Both the position numbers and the translations under genes were made by a program. Below, in pieces: positions 1 to 10,431 of a stretch of DNA of 64,000 bases (position 1 is its first letter; each line of letters opens with the position of its first letter). The DNA is from Eubacteriales bacterium. GTDB lineage: Bacteria; Bacillota; Clostridia; Oscillospirales; CAG-272. The stretch is taken from NCBI GenBank assembly GCA_051867895.1, contig JBJDZH010000005.1:103487-167486 (forward strand), read 5' to 3'. The notes beneath the pieces were generated by a model. That model was not told the DNA's origin. It made no database searches and saw only the letters and a program-made list of their open reading frames with translations.

Positions 1-1623
<1,623 letters not shown>

Positions 1624-1670
1624 TTATCCATTGACACGCAGCAGTTTTTGCGCATAATCAGACATATAGT

Positions 1671-1699
1671 ATTATACCGCTTCCGCGGGGATTTGTAAA
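1671..1699 (-). promoter_or_regulatory. Sigma-A type promoter for the PFOR gene
   Basis: The reverse strand reads TTTACA (1699-1694), a 17-nt spacer, then TATAAT (1676-1671), about 80 nt upstream of the ATG. Confidence 0.5.
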
Positions 1700-1769
1700 T
1701 ATGCTTTTTCGGAGAATCATGCGTTTTTTCGCGTTTTACGCTGAAATTTTCTGGAAAGGAAGACGCAGG

Positions 1770-2335
1770 GAGAAACGCAAAGGGAAACGCAAAGGGAAAC
1801 GCAAGGGGGGCGCCTTTTGAAAAAGGCGTCCCCCTTGACCCCCCGCGAAAACTTTCGGGCAAAAACAGGGGTATCGTACAGGCTAAGGTGTATGGTACCA
1901 TGGATCAGTATGAAAGTTTCTGAGGGGTACGGGGGACTCTGCTGCGGGGGAGAGGACCATCTCAGACGCCGAAGTTCCTCTCCCCCGCATCCCTCTCTCC
2001 TTGGCTGAGGGAACGGTTTCTCATGCGTCGCTCCATCAAAAACACAAGGAGCGCGAGCGCGAACGTGTTTTTCGGGAGGGGCGTGCAAGGTGAATTCTGA
2101 CGATTCCGGCTGCACGCTGCCGCGCTGCACGGCATCCGGAGCGATAGCGAGCGGATTTCGCTGTGCTTTGACGGGGATTCAGTGTGAAAGTTTAAGGGGG
2201 TGTGGACGACATTGCGCTCCGCGCAAGTCGGCGAGGTTGCGCAAAGCGCAACCTCGCGGGAGTCTTATTCATAAGGTTCCCCCACGGCGTTCCCCCGCAT
2301 CGTTCTCCCGCCCCGCGTCCCCTGCGCCACGTCCA
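1770..2335 (-). repeat. Mosaic intergenic repeat cluster 1: Z-A-B-degenerate P-B', then a reverse-oriented core G/F/E/D/C/B', then Q and Z'
   Basis: Three 12-bp units GGGAAACGCAAA at 1776-1803. Hairpin A at 1802-1837 (caaggggggcgccttttgaaaaaggcgtcccccttg). 45-bp hairpin H1 at 1944-1988. Module D (aacacaaggagcgcgagcgcgaacgtgttttt) at 2040-2072. Module Q double hairpin (gacattgcgctccgcgcaagtc / gcgaggttgcgcaaagcgcaacctcgc) at ~2205-2258. All modules recur elsewhere in the window. Confidence 0.9.
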
Positions 2336-2345
2336 CCCAGTCCCC

Positions 2346-2374
2346 TTGCAAAACGGTGCAAAGGCTGATATAAT
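2346..2374 (+). promoter_or_regulatory. Sigma-A type promoter for the 2407 gene
   Basis: TTGCAA (2346-2351), 17-nt spacer, TATAAT (2369-2374), about 30 nt upstream of the ATG. Confidence 0.5.
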
Positions 2375-2406
2375 GAAAGAAAAAGCGCAAGAAAGGCGGA
2401 TGAGTC

Positions 2407-3117
2407 ATGGAACAGATATACACGATCCCGGTAAACGAAGCGTTTGAGGCGTCGGCGGCGGACGCGTCGCTCGGCTGCCCGTTCTGCCGGCTGTACAATA
2501 AACTGGAGGGAGACGAGCTGGAGCTGATTCTCGGCGCGTCGATGATGGAGCCGGACGTCCGCATCCGGACAAACGAGCTGGGCTTCTGCCGCGATCATTT
2601 CGCCATGATGCTCCGCCGCCCGAAGCGGCTGCCGCTGGCGCTGATTCTGGAGAGCCACCTCGCCGAGCAGAAAAAGAACATCGGCGCGTCCGCCGCATTC
2701 GTGGGACATGCCGGCGAGAACGCCGCAAAAAAATTCACAACGCTCTCCCAATCCTGCTACGTCTGCTCGCGCATCGAGTACAACTTCGTGCGCATGCAGG
2801 AAACTGCCGCGCTCCTGTGGGAGCAGGACCCCGACTTCCGCAAAAAAACGGAGGCTCAGCCGTTTTTCTGCCTGCCGCATTTCGCCGGCCTCGTCTCCGC
2901 CGCCAGAGAACGCATGAGCCGCCGCACCTTCGCCGATTTCTATAAATCCGTCTCCGCGCGCGAGAACGAATACATGGAAAAGCTGAACGCCGACGTGAGT
3001 TGGTTCGTCAAGAAATTCGACTACCGCTACGACGCGGAGCCGTGGGGCGACGCGAAAGACGCCCCCGAACGCGCAATCACTTTCCTCTCCGGCAAGCTCC
3101 ACGAGGAGGAAACGTAA
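2407..3117 (+). CDS. Cysteine-rich conserved hypothetical protein (two CxxC pairs; resembles the DUF6062 family as I recall it)
   Basis: 236-aa ORF with CPFC and CYVC motifs, non-repetitive composition, its own promoter and a strong terminator. The family assignment is from memory, not a search. Confidence 0.6.
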   Translation: MEQIYTIPVNEAFEASAADASLGCPFCRLYNKLEGDELELILGASMMEPDVRIRTNELGFCRDHFAMMLRRPKRLPLALILESHLAEQKKNIGASAAFVGHAGENAAKKFTTLSQSCYVCSRIEYNFVRMQETAALLWEQDPDFRKKTEAQPFFCLPHFAGLVSAARERMSRRTFADFYKSVSARENEYMEKLNADVSWFVKKFDYRYDAEPWGDAKDAPERAITFLSGKLHEEET

Positions 3118-3161
3118 AGAAAAAGAGGATCCCGTACCGCTGCACGGGATCCTCTTTTTTT
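3118..3161. terminator. Bidirectional rho-independent terminator
   Basis: aaagaaaaa-GAGGATCCCGT-accgctgc-ACGGGATCCTC-ttttttt. An 11-bp GC-rich stem flanked by an A-run and a T-run, lying between the convergent genes ending at 3117 (+) and 3239 (-). Confidence 0.8.
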
Positions 3162-3238
3162 CAGGAAATTTTCTGAAAGACGCGCGCCTTTATGCACGTG
3201 CGTCCGACATAACACCGGAATGGGATATGTCCCCCCGG

Positions 3239-5326
3239 TCAGTCCTCCACCAAAACGCAGAAGGTTCTCGGAGCAACCGTGACTCTGCCGTCCGAGGTCT
3301 CCGTTTCGTCCGTTCCCGGACGGTATACGGTAAACGCCTTGCTGCCGCCGTCAAGGGTGAAGATCACGTCCAGCGTTTTCGACGAATCCTGATTTGCCGC
3401 GACCACGGCCCGCTTTCCGTTTTCTTTGTTTACAAACATCGAGTAGATGAACTCACAGTTTTCCCCTGCGACCTCCGCATGTACGCCGACCGTATGGCGG
3501 AAAACGCCGTTCCAGATGTAATCCTTCAGCTTCATGCGGACTGCCTGCGCCTCAAGAACCGCCTTTTTGGTCAGCGGAACGTCGTCGGGAGTTCCCTTGA
3601 AGTTATAGGGCTCATAGTTCATCGCGTAGCCGTATGTAATGCACTGATTGACCATTTCGCGATCGTCGAAGCCGACGAGACAGGTCGCGATATACAGATC
3701 CGGGTTCATGAATTTCCAGATGGGCGCATGTCCCCAGTTATCCGAGCGGATGTAGTTGCCGGGATAGTACTGGTTGAGCACGTCGAGCGGTCCCTCGCCC
3801 GTCATAAAGAATTCCTCGCCGCACTTGGCGGTCGCTTCGCGCCGGAATTCCTCCGCCAGTTTTACCGACCCGACATGAATGCAGTACCCAGGACGGTGTC
3901 CGTGATTTTTGTCGAAGCAGAGCATCATGGGGTTTGCAAGCTCATCGTACAGAATCCCGCTCGGTTTGAGGTCGAGAATTTTATCGAATTCGCGCAGCGC
4001 GATTTTCCGATAGTCCTCCGAGAGGTGGCAGAGTCCCGCGCCTGAGCGGCGGCTCCCGCCGGATACATTCTGAAGCGTCGTCTGGTATGAATATCCGCCG
4101 AAATAGACGGGATTCCCGAAGAAGTCCTTCATGGTGAGAGGGAGAAGCTCTTCTTTGTATTCGGGCGTGCTGCTGTCCCCCCATTTAAATTTGCACATCA
4201 AAAGGACGTGTATGCCCATCGCTTCGATTTCGGCAATAGCGTCCTTCAGTTCCTGACGTGTGCCGAGCCTCGGGTCGGTATCCTGATAGGGCTCGTCGCC
4301 GTCCTGACCTCCGCGTGCCCATCCGATGAGCTGGAGCACCTTTACACCGCTTTTTTTCGCTTCGCGCATGATAGCGGGCAGCTCGGTGTATCTGTGACGG
4401 CAGCATCCCTCGGGGGAATTGATGTGCAGCGTCATCCAGCAGTCCGCGTCGTCGATCCATCTCGGGCACTTGGAGGAACGGAACCATGTTTTTCTCCAGT
4501 TCATGTAGGGCTGGATCCCCTCGTGCCAGTCTCCTTCGTAGAATTGCAGCGCAATGGGCGTGAGCTTCAGGGTTTCCCCGGGCTGGATAAACGGGAGCTG
4601 GCTCACGCTGACGGAATAGCCTGCCGGAACGCCCGGAATATCGCCGTCGCGCACAACCCGGTGGTGCATATTATCAAGGTAGCCGGGCTTATATTCCATC
4701 AAAAATTCAACAAATTCAGGTTCATACCGGTGAGCGCCCACGTAAAGTCCCTGCTTTTTTCCGGTTATGAGCATAAACGGTGCGGAAACGTCGGGGGAAG
4801 GATAGTATTTTCTCCTGGTAGGGTGGTCGGTCCCCCAATAATCCGAGTTTCCGATGCCGTTGTTTCCAAGATAAAACTGATAGATACCGCCCTGGAAGTG
4901 CATGGTCTGACACAGAAGAGCATCCTCGCCTTCGGGAGCCGCAACGCCGCCGAAGCACGGGTAACGGAATTCTTCAACAATATAAGGCGAATGATTGACG
5001 ACGGTGGCGCTGCACAGAATCAACTCGCCGTTCAGGCGGACTTCAATCTCCGCCGAAATATCCATCTCTCCGCTCCAGTTGCAGAAGATACGGTCATATT
5101 TCAGTGTGACAGTTTCCGCGCCTTTCACAATCCCGCTGAGCCGCTGGTTTTCGCTGAGCGCGAGGTTATTGCGGTGCTCTTCGACCGGAACAAGCATGGT
5201 CAGTCCCAGCGCGAGCGCCGGCTGACGGATCAGCGCGTATCCGGTGCGGCAGTTGGTCAGCTCGACGATGGCACCCGTTGTTTCGTCAAATCCGATCTTC
5301 ACGGAAGCATTTGACAGTTCGTACAT
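3239..5326 (-). CDS. Large uncharacterised cytoplasmic protein, possibly a glycoside-hydrolase-like TIM-barrel enzyme
   Basis: 695-aa ORF with non-repetitive, enzyme-like composition (W/Y/H/D-rich blocks such as GWARGGQDGDEPYQDTDPRLG and FDKNHGHRPGYC). The opposite-strand ORFs are Arg/Ala-rich shadows. Function is a weak guess. Confidence 0.45.
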   Translation of the reverse strand: MYELSNASVKIGFDETTGAIVELTNCRTGYALIRQPALALGLTMLVPVEEHRNNLALSENQRLSGIVKGAETVTLKYDRIFCNWSGEMDISAEIEVRLNGELILCSATVVNHSPYIVEEFRYPCFGGVAAPEGEDALLCQTMHFQGGIYQFYLGNNGIGNSDYWGTDHPTRRKYYPSPDVSAPFMLITGKKQGLYVGAHRYEPEFVEFLMEYKPGYLDNMHHRVVRDGDIPGVPAGYSVSVSQLPFIQPGETLKLTPIALQFYEGDWHEGIQPYMNWRKTWFRSSKCPRWIDDADCWMTLHINSPEGCCRHRYTELPAIMREAKKSGVKVLQLIGWARGGQDGDEPYQDTDPRLGTRQELKDAIAEIEAMGIHVLLMCKFKWGDSSTPEYKEELLPLTMKDFFGNPVYFGGYSYQTTLQNVSGGSRRSGAGLCHLSEDYRKIALREFDKILDLKPSGILYDELANPMMLCFDKNHGHRPGYCIHVGSVKLAEEFRREATAKCGEEFFMTGEGPLDVLNQYYPGNYIRSDNWGHAPIWKFMNPDLYIATCLVGFDDREMVNQCITYGYAMNYEPYNFKGTPDDVPLTKKAVLEAQAVRMKLKDYIWNGVFRHTVGVHAEVAGENCEFIYSMFVNKENGKRAVVAANQDSSKTLDVIFTLDGGSKAFTVYRPGTDETETSDGRVTVAPRTFCVLVED

Positions 5327-5528
5327 TCTTTTTTCCTCCTGAATTATGCAAAGATGCTGTTTCCTGGAGAGAAAATTAGGTGCTTAAAGGAAACGCAAAA
5401 AAATATGAAAACGAAACGTCCGCGCAGCGGATCGTCCATATCAAGCGCGCACGCTTCGCTCCAAACATATGCTCGCGCCGGCGCGCCGCCAGCGTTTTGG
5501 GGCAAAAAACCAACGTATAAGAGCTTTG

Positions 5529-5567
5529 GAAAAAGGACCGGGGAAAGATGCAAAAAGTTTTCCCCGG
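5529..5567 (-). terminator. Terminator-like hairpin downstream of trxA (solo A-type module)
   Basis: The reverse strand reads CCGGGGAAAActttttgcatcTTTCCCCGG followed by tccttttt. The stem and loop resemble the hairpin-A repeat module. Confidence 0.5.
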
Positions 5568-5579
5568 TGTATCCACAGC

Positions 5580-5891
5580 TCAGACGCCGAGCATGGCGAG
5601 AACGGCTTCCTTGTCGCGCACGCCGACGCTCTGCGCGGAAACCTTTCCGCCCTTGAAAACGAGCAGCGTCGGAATGCTCATGATGCCGAACTGCTGCGCC
5701 AGCTCCGCCTCGTCGTCCACGTTAACCTTGCCGACCTTCGCCGACGATACCTCCCCGGCGATCTCGTCCACGATGGGCGACATCATGCGGCACGGTCCGC
5801 ACCAGCTCGCCCAGAAATCCACCAGCACCGGCACGGGCGAAGCGAGCACCTCGGACGCGAAATTGTCTTTTGTAAGCGTGATAACAGCCAT
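5580..5891 (-). CDS. trxA: Thioredoxin
   Basis: 103 aa starting MAVITLTKDNF, with the WCGPC active site. GGAGA SD upstream of ATG 5891. The track ORF 5580..6077 over-extends the N-terminus. Confidence 0.93.
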   Translation of the reverse strand: MAVITLTKDNFASEVLASPVPVLVDFWASWCGPCRMMSPIVDEIAGEVSSAKVGKVNVDDEAELAQQFGIMSIPTLLVFKGGKVSAQSVGVRDKEAVLAMLGV

Positions 5892-5998
5892 ATTGGTCTC
5901 CTTTCCTGCTTTCGCAGATGCCGCCGGTACGGCGGCGTTTTTTAGTTTTTTGTTTTTTAGATAGTATGGAGCGGCGCGCCGCCGTTTATCCGCGCGCG

Positions 5999-6979
5999 TC
6001 AGAGCGGGCGGACGCTGATCTCTCCGGAGGAAAGCGCAGCACTCGCCCCGTCCGGCGTGCGCACGACCAGGCGGCACTCGCCGTCCACGCCGACCGCCTC
6101 CGCCTCATAGGCGGAAGCGCCGTCCGCCGAGATCACGCGCACGCGCCGCCCGAGCACAAAGCAGCGGCGGCGGTATTCGTCGATATACGTTCCGTCCGCC
6201 AGGGAATCGTACAGCGAAAAGAAATGCGACAGGATGAGAGTGAGCAGCCGCGCGCGCGCGTCAGAGCGGCGCTCGGGCAGAAGCGCCCCCGCGATACCGG
6301 CAAGCTCCGGCGGAAAACCGCCCGCCGGTTCCGTCACGTTCACGCCGATGCCGAGCACGGCGTATTCGAGCTGACCGCTCTCGGGCGTAAAGGCGGCTTC
6401 GGTCAGGATGCCGCAGACCTTCCGTTCGCGGATGTAGACGTCGTTGACCCACTTGATGGACGCCGTGCAGGAAGTAAGCTCCTCCGCGGCGCGGCAGACG
6501 GCGACGGCGGCGGCGGTCGTGATGCGGATCGCCTGTTCCGCGGGGATAGCGGGGCGCAGCACGATGCTGAGATACAGCCCTGTGCCGGGCGGAGAAAGAA
6601 ACGCGCGTCCGCGGCGTCCGCGCCCGGCGGTCTGCATTCCGGCGGCGATGACCGTGCCGTGCGGCGCGCCGGCTGCCGCCGCAGCGCGCGCGTCGTCGTT
6701 GGTAGAGGAAGTCTCCGCCTCGATCCGGATCTGGAGAGAGGACAGTGCAGGAGGAAGATACCGGCGGACGGTCTCCTCTGTCAGCACATCCGAAGTTGGC
6801 AGCAGCGTATATCCGCGGCGCGTCGACGCGTCGATGGCGTAGCCCTCGTCCGTCAGCGAACGGATCGCCTTCCAGACAGCCGCCCGCGTCACGCCGAGCG
6901 CCGCCGCGATCTCCTCGCCGGATATCCATTCGCCGCGCCGCGCTTCCAGCAGCGCCAGCGCTTCGTCTCGTTTCGACAT
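5999..6979 (-). CDS. birA: Bifunctional biotin-[acetyl-CoA-carboxylase] ligase / biotin operon repressor
   Basis: 326 aa from MSKRDEALALLE. N-terminal HTH, GRGRRGR biotin-ligase motif and KWVNDV motif. AGGAGGAAC SD before ATG 6979. Confidence 0.9.
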   Translation of the reverse strand: MSKRDEALALLEARRGEWISGEEIAAALGVTRAAVWKAIRSLTDEGYAIDASTRRGYTLLPTSDVLTEETVRRYLPPALSSLQIRIEAETSSTNDDARAAAAAGAPHGTVIAAGMQTAGRGRRGRAFLSPPGTGLYLSIVLRPAIPAEQAIRITTAAAVAVCRAAEELTSCTASIKWVNDVYIRERKVCGILTEAAFTPESGQLEYAVLGIGVNVTEPAGGFPPELAGIAGALLPERRSDARARLLTLILSHFFSLYDSLADGTYIDEYRRRCFVLGRRVRVISADGASAYEAEAVGVDGECRLVVRTPDGASAALSSGEISVRPL

Positions 6980-7014
6980 GGGTTCCTCCTGAAATATACA
7001 GAAGTAAGGGAATA

Positions 7015-7560
7015 CGCCGGGGGAAACTTTTTGAAACAAGTTTCCCCCATGCCCCTTTCAAAAACTTTCATACTGAATACACAATACTGTGCAGCGGGAT
7101 TTTCTTCGTGCGGTACTCTGTTTTTGCTCTGAGAGTTTTGGGGGAACATCTCAGTTATGGAGAAAGACTCATTCACCTCGCATTGCGGGGGAGAGGACCA
7201 TCTCAAGCGCCTCGCATTGCGGGGGAAAGGACCATCTCAGACGCCGAAGTTCCTCTCCCCCGCAACCCTCTCTCCTTGGCTTCCGGAGGGAGGGTGCGGC
7301 ATTTCGCTTTCCACATCAAAAAACACAGGGAGCGCGGGCGCGAACGTGTTTTTCGGGATGGGCGGGCAGAGGGAATTCTAACGGTTTCCGCTGCACTCTG
7401 TCGCACCGCACGGCATCCGGAGGGATAGCGGACAGGTTCTACTGCGCTTTGACGGGCATTCAGTTTGAAAGCTCTTGAGGGGGTGCGGGGGAACTTCTTG
7501 CAGAAGTTCCCCTGCATCGTTCTCCCCACGCCCCTTGCCTCCGCATCCCCTGCTGTTTGC
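7015..7560 (-). repeat. Mosaic repeat cluster 2: A-B-degenerate P-B', then a reverse-oriented core with 2 tail units, then A and Z'
   Basis: Hairpin A at ~7019-7049 and 7485-7515. Tail units at 7146-7218. H1 at 7219-7263. Modules E/D/C at 7264-7460. The cluster fills the whole birA-amidohydrolase spacer. Confidence 0.9.
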
Positions 7561-7615
7561 AATCGGCGTCGTTTTTCGGCAAAATCCTTGCAAAGAGGGA
7601 CAGATTATGCTATTA

Positions 7616-8437
7616 TTATAGGAGATTTTTCCCGCCGAGCAGCGCGCGGGCGTTGCCGGCGAGAATCGCCTCCCGCTCCGCTTCCGACAGCGGCAGCGAC
7701 CGCACGAAACGCACGCCTTCCGCCGGATCGCCCCACGGGCAGTCGGAGGCGAAAAGGATCCGGCTCACCCCGTGCGCGCGGATGATGTCCATAACCTCCT
7801 CCGGCTTCGCATAATTGAAGATGAAGGAAAGATCAAAATACACGTTCCGTCCCGCCAGATACCGCACCACGTCGGGAAACTGCCTGTTTCCGCCCCCGTG
7901 CGCAAACACGATCCGCGCCGTCTCCGGCCCGCCGTCCGCCTCCACCGCGTCCAGAAACCGCGCGGCGCGCTCCGGCGAACAGCGGACCGTGTCCGGAAAA
8001 CCGTCGTCCACGCCCGCGTGCGTGACGACGATCAGCCCAAGCCGCAGCGCCTGTCGCGCAATGCGCACGTAGCGCGCGTCATCAATGTACACCCCTTGGT
8101 AATCCGGATGGATCTTGATGCCGCGCAGTCCCATCGCCTGAATTTCGGCAAGATGCCCCTCTATATCCCCGTCGTCCGGGTGGATGCCGCCAAAGGAGAG
8201 CAGTCCCGGCGTCCGGCACAGCTCCGCCGCGAACGCGTTCACCGAACGGAACTGCGCGGGGCGCGTCACCACGGGCAATACGACGCCAAGCGAGACGCCG
8301 CTGTCCCGCAGCCTGCGCACGAGCGCTCCGGCGGTGCCGTCGGTACACGGTACGGCGGCTGCTTTTTCAGCGAGGTAAGGGATCGTCTTTGCGGCAAGCG
8401 CGTCGGGAAACGCGTGCGTGTGAAAATCAATTATCAT
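7616..8437 (-). CDS. Metal-dependent amidohydrolase-family protein (TIM-barrel hydrolase)
   Basis: 273 aa from MIIDFHTHAFPD (HxH metal motif), ending ...ASDCPWGDP. The track ORF 7616..10420 (934 aa) is this gene fused to an antisense shadow of the ligase gene. Confidence 0.8.
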   Translation of the reverse strand: MIIDFHTHAFPDALAAKTIPYLAEKAAAVPCTDGTAGALVRRLRDSGVSLGVVLPVVTRPAQFRSVNAFAAELCRTPGLLSFGGIHPDDGDIEGHLAEIQAMGLRGIKIHPDYQGVYIDDARYVRIARQALRLGLIVVTHAGVDDGFPDTVRCSPERAARFLDAVEADGGPETARIVFAHGGGNRQFPDVVRYLAGRNVYFDLSFIFNYAKPEEVMDIIRAHGVSRILFASDCPWGDPAEGVRFVRSLPLSEAEREAILAGNARALLGGKNLL

Positions 8438-8533
8438 AAAATACCGGCTCCGTATTGCTGATTCGGGTATATTGTACCCGCTGCGCCGCCGGATTGCAAG
8501 AGTGAATCTGTAAAAAAACGAGGAGAATCCAAG

Positions 8534-10171
8534 ATGCCGATCACCGACTTTCTGGAGCGCAACGCGCGGCTGTATCCGCACGACGTCGCTCTGACCGAAA
8601 TCACGCCGCAGCACCAGCCGGACAGGCAGGTGACGTGGCGCGAGGCGAATCTGATCGAAACGGCGGAGGGTGAGGAATACCGCCGCGAGATCACGTGGCG
8701 CGCCTTCGACGAGGACGCAAACCGCTTTGCAAACCTGCTTTTCACGCGCGGCGTGAAGCGGGGCGACAAGGTGGCGATCCTGCTCATGAACTGTCTGGAG
8801 TGGCTGCCGGTCTATTTCGGCATCCTCAAGACGGGCGCGCTCGCCGTGCCGATGAACTACCGCTACGCCGCGGACGAGATCCTCTACTGCGCCCGTCTGG
8901 CGGACTGCACGCGGATCGTGTTCGGTCCGGAATTCACCGGGCGTATCGACGAAATCCGCGGCGAGCTCGGCGTGCGCGACTATTTCTTTGTCGGGACGCG
9001 GGCGCAGACGCCGGACTTCGCGGACAACTACGCGGAGATGATCGGCTGCTGCTCGCCGGTGCCGCCGCCGGTGGAAATATCGGACGAGGATGACGCGGCG
9101 ATCTATTTTTCCTCCGGTACGACCGGATTTCCGAAGGCGATCCTGCACAGCCACGCGGCGCTCGTCTCCTCCTGCAGAACGGAGCAGGCGCACCACGGAC
9201 AGACGCGGAACGACGTGTTTCTGTGCATTCCGCCCTTGTACCACACGGGAGCAAAGATGCACTGGTTCGGCAGCCTGCTCTCCGCGTCCCGCGCGGTGCT
9301 TCTGCGCGGCGTGAAGCCGGAATGGATCCTGCAATGCGCGTCGGAGGAACGGGCGACGATTGTATGGCTGCTCGTGCCGTGGGCGCAGGACATTCTGGAC
9401 GCCATCGAGCGGGGTGAGGTAACGCTCTCGGACTACAGGCTGGACGCGTGGCGCCTGATGCACATCGGCGCGCAGCCGGTGCCGCCAAGCCTGATCCGGC
9501 GCTGGAAAGAGGTGTTCCCGCACCATCAGTACGACACGAACTACGGTCTGTCGGAATCGATCGGACCGGGCTGCGTGCATCTGGGCGTGGAGAACATCGA
9601 TCACGTCGGCGCGATCGGCAAAGCGGGCTATGGCTGGCGGACGAAGATCGTGGACGAGCATTTTGCGGACGTGCCGCGCGGCGAGGTCGGCGAGCTGGCG
9701 GTCGCGGGGCCGGGCGTGATGCGCTGCTACTATAAAAATCCGGAAGCGACGGCGGAGGTGCTGCGCGGCGAGTGGCTCCTGACGGGGGACATGGCGCGCG
9801 AGGATGAGGACGGCTTCATCTATCTGGTGGACCGCAAAAAGGACGTAATCATCACAGGCGGTGAAAACCTGTACCCGGTGCAGATTGAGGATTTCCTGCG
9901 GGCGCATCCGAAGGTGAAGGATGTGGCGGTGATCGGCCTGCCGGACGCGCGGCTCGGCGAGATCGCGGCAGCCGTGATCGAAGCAAAGGAAGGCGTGACG
10001 CTGACGGAAGAGGAAATCGACGAGTTCTGCCTCGGACTGCCGCGCTACAAACGCCCGCGCAAGCTGATCTTTGCGCATGTGCCGCGCAATCCTACCGGTA
10101 AGATCGAAAAGCCGCGGCTGCGGGAGATGTACTGCGGCGTGCGGCTCGTGGAAGCGGAAACGACAAAATAA
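8534..10171 (+). CDS. AMP-dependent acyl-CoA synthetase/ligase
   Basis: 545 aa with the AMP-binding signature SSGTTGFPKAILHSH and C-terminal GKIEKPRLRE. GAGGAGAA SD upstream. Confidence 0.88.
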   Translation: MPITDFLERNARLYPHDVALTEITPQHQPDRQVTWREANLIETAEGEEYRREITWRAFDEDANRFANLLFTRGVKRGDKVAILLMNCLEWLPVYFGILKTGALAVPMNYRYAADEILYCARLADCTRIVFGPEFTGRIDEIRGELGVRDYFFVGTRAQTPDFADNYAEMIGCCSPVPPPVEISDEDDAAIYFSSGTTGFPKAILHSHAALVSSCRTEQAHHGQTRNDVFLCIPPLYHTGAKMHWFGSLLSASRAVLLRGVKPEWILQCASEERATIVWLLVPWAQDILDAIERGEVTLSDYRLDAWRLMHIGAQPVPPSLIRRWKEVFPHHQYDTNYGLSESIGPGCVHLGVENIDHVGAIGKAGYGWRTKIVDEHFADVPRGEVGELAVAGPGVMRCYYKNPEATAEVLRGEWLLTGDMAREDEDGFIYLVDRKKDVIITGGENLYPVQIEDFLRAHPKVKDVAVIGLPDARLGEIAAAVIEAKEGVTLTEEEIDEFCLGLPRYKRPRKLIFAHVPRNPTGKIEKPRLREMYCGVRLVEAETTK

Positions 10172-10185
10172 GACGCCGGGAGATA

Positions 10186-10375
10186 CCGGGGAAAACTTTT
10201 TGAAAAAAGTTTTCCCCAAGCCCTTTTCCAAAACCTTCAAACGGAACGCCCGGCGCCGTGCAGCGGAATTTCCGCTGTACAATACCCCTGTTTTTGCCCC
10301 GAAAGTTTTGGGGGCGTGGGGACTTTTCCAGAAAGTCCCCGCATCGTTCCCCCTCCTGCACGGGGACGGGCGGCA
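10186..10375. repeat. Mosaic repeat cluster 3 (A-B-small hairpin-half P-B'-A'-Z'), without a long core
   Basis: Hairpin A at 10188-10217 (ggggaaaactttttgaaaaaagttttcccc). Palindrome cagcggaatttccgctg at 10261-10277. A second A-type hairpin ggggacttttccagaaagtcccc at ~10318-10340. Confidence 0.8.
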
Positions 10376-10431
10376 GCGCCTGCCCGTCCACAGCAGACAA
10401 ACCTTACACTCCACAAACAAAGGAGCATTTC

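Noticed and set aside
2036-2075. Module D (AAAAACACGTTCGCGC...) as possible parS/Noc-type centromere sites near the origin
   Set aside because: It shares only CACGT with the parS consensus TGTTNCACGTGAAACA and lacks the 16-bp palindrome. No convincing parS was found by eye.
10188-10217. Hairpin A modules as ordinary rho-independent terminators
   Set aside because: The T-run is in the loop or inner stem and not 3' of the stem, and most copies are followed by CCC/AAG. Only the P module and a few solo hairpins (5529-5567, 41908-41951) have the canonical stem plus U-tract. Terminator activity of A is possible but not supported by sequence alone.
7616-10420. 934-aa - strand ORF
   Set aside because: Only the 3' 822 nt (7616-8437) form a real amidohydrolase gene (MIIDFHTHAF...). 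The upstream 660 codons are antisense to the acyl-CoA ligase and run into a repeat cluster, with Arg/His-rich nonsense composition.
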